IMG/VR virus record: IMGVR_UViG_3300023078_000002
Location: 1 to 60,558 of that record
DNA from: a virus
Taxonomy: Duplodnaviria; Caudoviricetes
Strand: one strand, 5' to 3'
Length of the DNA stretch: 60,558 nucleotides
In this document: positions 29,824-39,087 of the stretch, in pieces
How the letters are laid out: each line of letters begins with the position of its first letter
Position numbering within the stretch: position 1 is the first letter of the stretch
Position numbers and translations under genes: made by a program
Notes under the pieces: model-generated
Databases searched by the model: none
What the model was told of the DNA's origin: nothing
What the model saw: only the letters and a program-made list of their open reading frames with translations

Positions 29824-29885
29824 GGGCGCATGGTACTGGTTGGACCCGACTTGTGCCAGATGGTTCCAAATGGTACCATGGACAC
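29824..29885. promoter_or_regulatory. Divergent leaderless promoters with ATGGT(A/T)C repeats
   Basis: TTGTGC(29851)-17 nt-TACCAT(29874)-6 nt-ATG(29886); repeats at 29830, 29860, 29870; palindrome ATGGTACCAT. Confidence 0.7.
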
Positions 29886-32800
29886 ATGAGCAACGCACCG
29901 AACTACCTGGCGATCGTCACCTACCGGCTGGACATCCCCGGGCCGCGGGCCGAGCAGATCGTCGGTCGCCCCGACGACGAGTCCCCCGAGTGGGGGCAGG
30001 CGCTCGAACGTGCACTCGCCGAGGACCCGACGTACCTCGCCGAGTTCGTCTCCCAGGACCCGGACGTGGACATCACCTGATGGCCTACTGCGACCAGGAC
30101 ACCGTGGCGGGCTACACGTGCACGCGTCGGGCGACGTGGGAGCAGGACCAGCCGCGCCATCGCGTCGAGCGCGGCCTCAGCGCAGAGGTCGAGCGCTACT
30201 GCACCCGGCACGCCAACATCTACCTGGTGCCGCGCGGCGAGGCGTCGGGCCGCTCGCGGCGCATCGACGCCAACGGCAATGTCGTCAGGGGCAATCGATG
30301 ACCCGTCCCTTCCGTGGTGACTACTGGACCGACGACTGTGTGAGGTGTGGACGATGAGCGATGCCTACCCGGAGCCGCTTGAGCCGGAGGACTGGGACCT
30401 GGAGCGCCTTCAGGAGGAGTACGCCGAACTCGCGCTGGAGAACAACCGCAACCGCTACGAGGCAGAGAAGCAGAACCGGCGGCGTGGCTACTACGTGTCG
30501 TCGATCGCCCCGCTGGTGCGCACGGCCAACGTCGACCATGCCGCACAGACCGCGACGATCCCGCTGTCGGCCTGGCAGCAGTTCTGCGACGACCTCGCCG
30601 CCATCTCCTACGGGCGGGCGCCCGCGCGCTGCGCGTGGCTCAACGGCTCGCTCTGCGACCACGACACCAACCACGTCGCCGAGCAGTCTGAGGAGTCGTT
30701 GGTGCGGTCGTCAGGGCTCCAGGAGGGCGGCCAAGCTCATGGCTGATCCGAATCCCCACACGCGCGTCTACGAGCCGTGGGAGGCGGACCACACCGCGCT
30801 GGTCCAAGTGCTCTGGGCCGAGGGCATCAAGGGGCGCCAGGCCGACGAGCTGGCGAGCAAGATCATGCGCAGCGAATGGATGCAGGCCGTCCGCTCGCGC
30901 GCCGCTGCGGACGGAAGGCGACCGTCCGATGGCTGATCGCCGTATCTGTCCGCGCTGCGGCGTCCCCGTCTACGAGGACGCTACGGAGCCTGAGCGGATG
31001 GCGGACCCGCCGCGGTTCTGCTCGCCGTTGCGCTGTTCGGCGTGGAAGGTCGTAGGTCGTGCGACCCCGCCGCACCCGATGACGGGCGCACGGACGATGC
31101 TCCGAAGCGTCGATCTCGCTGGCGATGACGACGGGTCGGGGTTCAATGACACGAAGGAGGAAGACCGATGCTGAGACGTCGGCGTGCTCGCATGGCTCGT
31201 GAATCGCGTGCCCACTCGGCCGCCTTCTCTGGTAGTTGGCGCTGGTACCGGGCGGGCTACCTCGCCGCACTGGACGACATCGACCGCACCGGGCTGATCC
31301 CCAACACCGAGAAGACGCGGCGCGAGGCGGCCGCTCGCGCGCTGAACCGGTGGGTGGACGAGCCGCTCGTTGTCGGTGATGGACAGGAGGGGGAGGTCAC
31401 CGATGCCTGACCGTCTCGCCCCGACCGATGCGGTCGACACCTACGCAGCCGAGCCGTTGACCGACGAGGAGCGCGCCTACCTTCAGGCGCTCCCGTCGTG
31501 GCACATGTACTTCTACTCGTCGAAGATTACGCCGGGCACCGAGCGCGCCCGGCAGGTGAAGGACATCTACTACGCGACGCTGGACCGGGAGCACGGAGGA
31601 ACCACCGATGCCTGAACAGACCCACCTGCCCGAACGGCGCCGCTCGCTCACGCCCGGCGAGGCCGACCGCGTCTGGTCGATCCTGGTCGAGAAGGCCGGC
31701 GCAAGCCCGAAGCGGGAGGCACGACAGGACTTCGTCCACTACCTCACGTCCGAGGCGATCCACGGCCACGAGTTCCGGTTCATGGGCTTCCTTGGATTTG
31801 GCGGCAAGCTGTACTTCGACGACTACCACGGCGCGACAGTGGGCTGCTACCGAGAGGACCGCGACGAGGTCCGCGATGCTTGCATTGCGACGGTCAACGG
31901 ACTGCTCGCTGAGGTTGTGCCCGGACGGGTCGCCCTGGTGCGAGCGGCAGCAGAAGCGGAGCGAAACCGTGCCTAGGTTCGCTGCTGCGCGTAAGGACGG
32001 ACTGAAGCCCGGCGACGAATGGATCGCGCGCTGGGGCAACGTCAGCACCAGGGTGGTCGTGGTCGACCCCTCCGACCCCGAACGCACGGTGATTCGTGTC
32101 GTCGAACCGGCCGGCTTCCGGGCGTATCGGAAGGGTGACGAGCGCACGGTTAGCGTGCGGTGGTTGGAGTTCTACTTCGCGCCGTACACCAAGGCGCGGG
32201 CCACCCCGGAGGACATGGCCGCACACCCCGAAGGAGACGAGTAGATGGACGACCTGCTCACCAGGTTGAAGCGCGAGGCCGAGGGCTACGGCTGGACGAT
32301 CAAGATGTCCACCAAGCTTGACGGCGTCTCGTGCGCGGCGCGCGACAACGACGGACACTGCGTCGCCGAGGGCATTGGGCACACGTCGAACGTCGCAGTC
32401 CAGGGACTCGCGACGATCCTCCGCGATGACTTCAACTGGCCAGAGCCGGAGCTTGTGGCCCTACACGAAACGGAGACCACCGATGGCCGATGACCGTCGA
32501 CGCAGCAGCACGTTCTTTGTCTCTGACGTCGAATCCGCAGCGGACGACTGCGCCCGCGCAGTGGCCGACCACGGGCTGGACTTCGAGGAGACCGACGCGC
32601 TCGCCGTCGAGGTCCGCGAGACCGTTGAGCGCTTCTTTGCTCGTCGTGGGGAGGGTGGGTCCTGATGGCCGCCACGCCCGAACCGCTGGGGCCGATCCAG
32701 TCCTACGACTCCGATCACACCGCTTTGGTCCACGTCCTGTGGTCGGCCAAGAGCAAGGGGCTCTCCCTGGACGACGCCGACCACCTGGCCGAGCACATCA

Positions 32801-33381
32801 TGACGAGCCGGTGGATGCGCGCCGTGCGCCTGCATGCGGTCGATGAGTCGGCCGGGGTCACGACGGAGGAGGACGCCTGATGGGCCGCTATGTCGCGAAG
32901 CTGGGCGAGGACGCCTACTGCGAGTGGTCGACCGTGGTCGACGCGCCGTTGTCATGGGTGATGGGCCGTGACCGAGCGGTGGACCACTGGGGCGAGGATC
33001 GCGTCTCGCGCGCCGACCACAACGGCACGTCGATCATCGACGGCTACCCCGCTGGTGAGACCCCGGAACAGATCGTTGCCGGAAATCGCGCCGGACCCGG
33101 TGAGTCCGAGCTGACCGTCGAGCAGATCCTTGTGGAGTACGCCGCCGGTTCGGGCGACCAGTGGGTCATGACGGAGGAGGACGCATGACCGAGCTGCCGC
33201 TGTACGAGCGACCCGGGCGCGAGCTAGGAAGCACCTGGACGCAAACCCTACGCGCCTGCGAGAACTGCGAGCACGAGCACCAGGGGCTCGTCGATTGGTC
33301 GGACGGCACGAAGCTCTGCGTCGTGTGCTCGGGCATCCGGCGCAAGAACCTGCGCACAGCCGAGCGTGCGAGGGCCGGTCG

Positions 33382-33852
33382 ATGAGCGTTCTTCCGTCTA
33401 CCGAACGCACCCACCACCCCAACCCACCACGAGAGAGGGCGGTCAAGCGGGTGATGGTCACCGGGTCTCGCGACTGGACCGACAGGGCCACCATCCACCG
33501 CGCCCTTCGCGACCACGCGCCGGCCGGTGACGTCGAGCTGCTGCACGGGGACGCCCCGGGCGCAGACACGATCGCCGCCGAGCTAGCCGACGAACTCGGC
33601 TGGACCGTACGCCCGTTCCCCGCCGACTGGTCGGTGACCCCGGACACACCCACCGGGCGGATACGCCGACGACGCGACGGCACGCTCTACGACGTCGCCG
33701 CAGGGGTCATCCGCAACCGGGTGATGCTGAACGAGCAACCCGACCTCGTCTTGGCCTTCCAGCGCCGTGGGTCGAAGGGCGCACAGGACGCGATCGACGA
33801 GGCGCGTCGACGCGGGATACCTGTGGTCGTCCACACCGAGGAGGGGCGATGA
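33382..33852 (+). CDS. SLOG-family (YspA/DUF2493-like) protein
   Basis: RVMVTGSRDW, LLHGDAPGAD..A, ADW, AGVIRNRVML, DLVLAF..GSKG...I..A. Confidence 0.8.
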   Translation: MSVLPSTERTHHPNPPRERAVKRVMVTGSRDWTDRATIHRALRDHAPAGDVELLHGDAPGADTIAAELADELGWTVRPFPADWSVTPDTPTGRIRRRRDGTLYDVAAGVIRNRVMLNEQPDLVLAFQRRGSKGAQDAIDEARRRGIPVVVHTEEGR

Positions 33853-35430
33853 GCGACCGACTCCCGCGCCCCGACGCAGTCGGCCTTCGATGGGTCTGCC
33901 CTTCCTGTGCTCACTCGTGGGTCGATGACGGCGAAGACCTTGGCCTCGGCCCGTTCTGCATCAACGACAACTGTCCCGGATACGAGTCCCCGTTCGGCGT
34001 GAAGCTGCGACGAGTCGAGACCGACACCAACCACAAGGAGAAGCCATGAGGGTTCTGATGCTCGTCGGCGTGTACCGGGAGGACTGGGAACACGACCCGG
34101 CTACGTGCATGCCGTTGATCGCGGGGTGTGTCGACGGCGGCACGTGGGAGGTCGAGGACGAGGAGGACACCGAACGTCGTTGGAAGGCCTGCAAGGAGAC
34201 CTACGATCCGATGGGCGGTGGCTACGAGTGGCGCGAGGTCTGGGTCAACCTGGACGAGAGCACGCTACGTGAGCACTTCCAGATCGGCACGGTGCCCGCG
34301 ACCGTCGTTCCGCCCGGGGTTGAGGGGAGGCGGTCGAATGCCGCCTAGCACCACACCCGCCCCGACTCTCGAATGGGGCGTAGCCCGCGACCACGAACCC
34401 ACCGCCCTACACCGTGGCCCGATGACCGAGCAGGAGGCCCGCACGTGGGTTCAGGAGTGGGAGGACATGGCCGAGAACGAGAGCGCCCGCAAGGGCATGT
34501 TCATCGTGATCTGCCGACAGGTCGGCCCATGGGGTGCGACTGCCGACGAGATCGGGGATGAGTCCCGATGACCGCCCGGTTTCTCCTGGACTTCGCGGTC
34601 GCGGCGCTGGCCTACACGGCGTGCAACATCGGCTGGGGGATAGCGGCTGGGTTGAGCTTTAGCGCGCTGATGACAGAGCGACGTATCGCCCCGTGGTGGC
34701 TGACCGTCGCTGTCGCCGGCATGGCCCCGCCGCTGTGGCGATGGTGGGCCAGGAAGACCAACAACAACGCCGATCAGGAGGAGACCCGATGACCGATGAC
34801 CAACAGGTGCTCCGGGGCCAAAGCGCGAGCCCGCCGCTGAGCTTCAGCGACTTCGCGCGCCTGAAGGAGTACGGCGCCAACGTGGCCATCCCTGAGGATG
34901 CCGCCGAGCGTCACCGCGTCGCACTGGAGGTCATCTGCTCGCGTGGTGTGCCCTGCTACTTGACGCCTTACGGGGCCGTTCGGTCCGTCGCCGCCTTCGC
35001 GCTCGGCGCGACCGATGACGCGTTCTACACCGATGGCGAAGTGCTACTGAAGGCGGCGATGCGGGCGCGCACCGACGGCGTCGACCTCGGCGCGCAGGGC
35101 CAGACGAACGAGGCGTCCGATGGCTGATCTCGATCTGGTCGGCGAGCTGCAAGCCGCGCTACGAGCCGCGGCCGCCGAGCGGGACGCGCTGCGCGCGGAG
35201 CGCCGTGCGACGCGGGCACTGGCGCGCGCCATCCTCGCCGCGCTCGACGCCGAGAAGACCCCGAACTACGAGGTCGGCCACGACTTGGCTGTCCGCGCGG
35301 CGATGGCGATCCTCGGCAAGGAGCCCATCGTCATCGACGGCGTTCCGACGCCGCTGGACAAGCTCCCGCACAACGAGACGCTGCACGTCACCGTCCCCGG
35401 CGTCGGCGACCTGGCGGTCGTTCTTGGCGA

Positions 35431-35616
35431 TCAGCACCCGCCGTCGTGAGTACCGGTCAGCAAGAGTTCGGCGGTCCATTGAGGCGCTTGGTAGGTGTCG
35501 GCCGCCCACGCATAGAACGCCTCGGCCGTCGGCAGGTCGACCGACCGGTCCCGCTGAGCAACCGGGACCATCGGCTGCTGAGGGTCGTATTCGGTCAGTA
35601 CGTAGCGAACGTCCAT
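35431..35616 (-). CDS. Small antisense leaderless gene (moron)
   Basis: MDVRYVLTEYDPQQPMVP...; TACGAT 7 nt upstream of ATG; fills a gap between plus-strand genes. Confidence 0.55.
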   Translation of the reverse strand: MDVRYVLTEYDPQQPMVPVAQRDRSVDLPTAEAFYAWAADTYQAPQWTAELLLTGTHDGGC

Positions 35617-36832
35617 ACAACGGATCGTATGAGCCAACCGGGGTGGCCGGAAAGGACTGATCGTGTCTAACGACTTCCGCTGGTGCGTGTTCTGCAAGGC
35701 CGACTGCCACGCCGACACGCCCGAGCACGCCGCGGATTGTCCGAGCGTCACCGACGTGTGGCCGGTCACCGAACAGTTGCTCGGCATCCGCGGCCCGAAC
35801 GACCCCTACGCCCACGGCATGCGATGCATGGGCTGCGGCGACGAGTTCAAGCTCGGCGACCACTACACGCGCCGAGTCGTCGAGGACGGCGACGCGTTGC
35901 TACCGGGTGTCGAGGGCGCGGCGGTCTACGAGGTCATCTGTCTCGGCTGCGCCGCGCTGGCCGCATGACGAGCGAACGACGTCACGGGGGCGAGCGCCGG
36001 CACGTCGCCAGCGGCTACGTCGAAGCCCTCCAACGGGACGCTCGCCATGGCGGCGATCTTCTCGAGCAGGCCGAAGCGGGCGAGGAGTGTGAGCACGGAC
36101 GGATGCCGTGGGATCCGTCCCCAGGCTGCGGCTGCTGGCCCACGAGCGGTCGCCGCCCGCAGCTACAACTCATGCCCGTGGAGGACACCGAGGTCGACCG
36201 GCGCATCCAATGGTTGCGTCACACCTACCTCACCAAACCAGCGATGAGCTACCGGGCCGCAGCCGACGCCTACCACCGCGAGTTCGGGGTGCCGATGACC
36301 GCAAGCCAGGCCCGGAACCTGATCGCCTCCGACCGCCGCCGTGACCACCGCACGCTCACCGCGCTCGGCCTCGCCGCCTAGAACGAAAGGACAATCAGAA
36401 TGGCAAATGACAGATACGACGGGCAGAAAACCGCCCCGGACGACGTGACCATCGCGCTGTCGCCTAAGGCCGCGCAGTTCCTTGTGGCCGTCGTCCGGCA
36501 CATGAACCAGAAGAAGATCCTGCCCGACGACTCGCGCACGGCGTTGGAGACGTCGGCGTGGCTCGAAGAGATCGAAGCGCGTTGCAGCGTCGCACTGGAG
36601 GATTCATGAGCAACGAACTCGTCCACCTGAACTTCACGCTCGACATTCCCGAGGAGGTCTGCGAGAAGCTAATCGGCCGCCCCGACGACGGCAGCGACGA
36701 CTACTACCAGGAGATCGCCGAGAAGCTCCAAGCGGCCGTTGCCGACGAGCCATCCCGGTTCCTGGAGTACGTCACCGACACCGAGGTGGAGATCGTCGCC
36801 TAGCGAGCAGTGCACCTATCCATGAACGCACC

Positions 36833-36863
36833 GCGCCCGCCCGGGAAAACCCCGGACGGGCGC
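36833..36863. terminator. Hairpin between the convergent early and late operons
   Basis: Minus strand GCGCCCGTCCGGG-GTTTT-CCCGGGCGGGCGC, 13-bp stem with one U-G pair. Confidence 0.65.
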
Positions 36864-36894
36864 AAGGAACGGCCTTTCGCAGGTGAGCTGAAGT

Positions 36895-37101
36895 CTACTC
36901 GCGGTTGGGCACCACATAGGTGATCAACGCCAGGATCGCCCCGCCCGCAGCGGCCTTAATCTCCGTCGTGGACAGGTTCCCGGTGGTGGCCCACGAGACC
37001 CCTGCGGTCGCCAGGGCGACGATGAGCGGGTAGAAGGCCTTCGCCGCCGGACGCAGCTTCGGGGGCAACAGGGCGGTCAACTTCTCCAACGCGTACATCA
37101 A
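36895..37101 (-). CDS. Holin
   Basis: 68 aa, two TM segments, KAF...VA and C-terminal YVVPN typical of actinophage holins; follows the endolysins. Confidence 0.75.
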   Translation of the reverse strand: MMYALEKLTALLPPKLRPAAKAFYPLIVALATAGVSWATTGNLSTTEIKAAAGGAILALITYVVPNRE

Positions 37102-37595
37102 GCAAGCCTCCGGTGCCAGGTCGCCTTGTGAGACAGGACGCTGCTGGCGTAGTGGTCCGCAGCGTCACCGCTGCCGTTGTAGGCCTTGATCCCGGCGCGC
37201 TCGCCCTTCTGGGCGATCAGGTGCGCGAGATGCTGAAACCCGACACGCAGGTTGTACTTCGGCTGCCAGCAGCCACCCATCGCATCGGCCTGGTCCTGGA
37301 ACCCGTACCAGGTCAATTGCACCGGCCCGACGCCCTGCATGCGGGTATGGCCGCGTGCGTTCTTGTAGGCCAGATACTTCGCCTTGGTCACATTGCCGGC
37401 ACCGACGAAGATCGTCGGGTCGTGCCCGAACACATTGGCGCCGTTGCCGGACTCCTGCTGCACGAGCGCGAACGCCAACGAGATCGGCAGACCTGCTGCG
37501 CGCGCCTCCATGACGATCCGCAGACTGTTCTGCATCCCGTGGCGCTTCGCCCGCCGAGCTAGCTTGAGGTCGCGGGCGCGCTGCTTGACGGTCAT
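37098..37595 (-). CDS. Endolysin, lysozyme-like/lytic transglycosylase
   Basis: AFALVQQESG (catalytic Glu), QGVGPVQLTW, NLRVG, KAYNG. Confidence 0.8.
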   Translation of the reverse strand: MTVKQRARDLKLARRAKRHGMQNSLRIVMEARAAGLPISLAFALVQQESGNGANVFGHDPTIFVGAGNVTKAKYLAYKNARGHTRMQGVGPVQLTWYGFQDQADAMGGCWQPKYNLRVGFQHLAHLIAQKGERAGIKAYNGSGDAADHYASSVLSHKATWHRRLA

Positions 37596-38119
37596 CGTCC
37601 TGGCCTCCAGGTGACGAACCGCGCCCACGGCCCCGGTCGCGAGTCGAGGTGCAGCGTCCCGCTGGTTTCGTTGCCGACCCCTGGGAAGATCCGCTCGGCC
37701 AGGGCGACGAGCTCCATCCTTGTGCCGACCTTTGGTGATCTCGCGACGATCTGGTTACACGTCGCGATGAAGTGGTCCGTTGCGTCTCCGTGGGTGTGGC
37801 GGCTATCGGTTGCACCGCCGACCGCACGGTTGTGCGCGAGCGTCCGGTAGGGCCCGTCGATCCGGACCGGGACGTCGCCGAGCGCGTGCCGGAACCGTTC
37901 CAGGTTGAAGCAGTGGCGGCGTGCCGCCGGCCGCACGCTCATCGGCAGCTTGCCCGTCTGCGTGTCGGCCATCTCCGCGATCGAGTAGTGCGGGGTGAGG
38001 TAGTGATGCTGGCCGCAGTAGCGGGCCAGTGCGGGGGAGTGGCGTGCCGCGGGCAGCCACGGCTTGCGCACGTAGGTGCGCAGCAGCGGTCGCCGACGCG
38101 CCGGAAGCGGAACGCTCAC
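37592..38119 (-). CDS. Endolysin, peptidase M15A (Zn D-Ala-D-Ala peptidase fold)
   Basis: YRTLAHNRAVGGATDSRHTHGDATD ... LHLDSR; LTPHYSIAEM. Confidence 0.85.
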   Translation of the reverse strand: MSVPLPARRRPLLRTYVRKPWLPAARHSPALARYCGQHHYLTPHYSIAEMADTQTGKLPMSVRPAARRHCFNLERFRHALGDVPVRIDGPYRTLAHNRAVGGATDSRHTHGDATDHFIATCNQIVARSPKVGTRMELVALAERIFPGVGNETSGTLHLDSRPGPWARFVTWRPGR

Positions 38120-38245
38120 GACGCGTCCCGAGTGGGACGTCGGTTGTGCATGTGGACCCTCCCGTGGGTCGGTAGAAACACTTCGGCCTCGAACGCTGCC
38201 TACACGCCCGGCCAAGGAAGACTTCAGCTAGGCCGCCAAGGCCCT

Positions 38246-38683
38246 CTAGTTGAACAGCAGGATCACTCCTACCGCCGTCGAGATCGCAGCGATGACCAAG
38301 CTCACAACGGCCAGGCGATACCTGCGCGTGTCGGCCCGCTGCTCACGCACCTCCGCCAGAAGCTCTTTCTGAACCTCTGCGCGAGCGTCGTCGATCTCGT
38401 CGCGCTTCGCGAGTTGAGCGACGGTCTCGGGCAACGGCAGCACGATCGCCAGATCGCGACGGACAGCGGCGACCTCGCTGGCGATGCCCTGGATCTCGCT
38501 GCGAACCTCGCCGTGCTCTTTGGTCTGCTGCAACGCGGCGTTGGTGATTGCCAGACGCAGCGCTTCCACCTCGTTGCGGAACTCGTGGCGGGTCTCGCGC
38601 AACCTGTCCTCCACGTAGTTCTTGGTGGCGGGGTCGACATGCTCGCCGTCGTACTCGCGACGTCCAGCGTTCGGCTCCATCAC
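38246..38683 (-). CDS. Coiled-coil protein with C-terminal TM helix (lysis-cassette associated)
   Basis: Heptad-rich body; LAVVSLVIAAISTAVGVILLFN terminus. Confidence 0.65.
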   Translation of the reverse strand: MMEPNAGRREYDGEHVDPATKNYVEDRLRETRHEFRNEVEALRLAITNAALQQTKEHGEVRSEIQGIASEVAAVRRDLAIVLPLPETVAQLAKRDEIDDARAEVQKELLAEVREQRADTRRYRLAVVSLVIAAISTAVGVILLFN

Positions 38684-38847
38684 CTAACTCCTTGCGCGCC
38701 GATTCGGACCCGAACTAGGGTTGCTGTGCATCGAGGCGTTCTCCTCGGTGTAAGACACCCGTCCGGGGATCGAAGCCCCGGGCGGGTGTCGCTGGACCTG
38801 ACCGCTCACCGTTGCACTGAACACACCCCGGTCACTACATTGCGCCA

Positions 38848-39087
38848 ATGGGAGTCGTTCAAAGCACGTCCTACTGCGCGACATGCGACCGCCAGTCGCT
38901 GTTCACAAAGCCTAGGATCAACCACGTCCTGCACCTGATCCTCAGTCTTGTCACCCTGAGCGTATGGGCACTGCTGGTGTGGCTGCCGCTCGGAATCATC
39001 AACAGCGCACGCAAGCCGAAGTGCAGCACCTGCGGCATGCCCAAAGGGGCGAGCAGATCACCAGCGGCCGATGCTGTAGACGCCTAA
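38848..39087 (+). CDS. Membrane-associated Zn-ribbon (LITAF-like) moron
   Basis: CATC...hydrophobic hairpin HVLHLILSLVTLSVWALLVWL...CSTC; own promoter TTGCAC-18-TACATT-6-ATG. Confidence 0.75.
   Translation: MGVVQSTSYCATCDRQSLFTKPRINHVLHLILSLVTLSVWALLVWLPLGIINSARKPKCSTCGMPKGASRSPAADAVDA

Larger units (their letters stand above)
29886..36803 (+). other. Array of about 25 small coupled hypothetical genes downstream of attP
   Basis: Short ORFs with strong GGAG RBSs and ATGA/ATGnnTGA overlaps, e.g. 29886-30080, 30354-30746, 31608-31976, 32880-33188, 34046-34348, 35663-35968, 36400-36609, 36606-36803. Confidence 0.65.

Noticed and set aside
29257-29889. 210-aa and 200-aa ORFs downstream of int
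   Set aside because: Overlap the attP repeats, the RHH gene and the divergent promoter; Arg/Pro-rich without coding character
30730-35130. Recurrent ccgATG(G/C)CTGA gene overlaps as cassette recombination sites
   Set aside because: Explained by ordinary translational coupling; too short and degenerate
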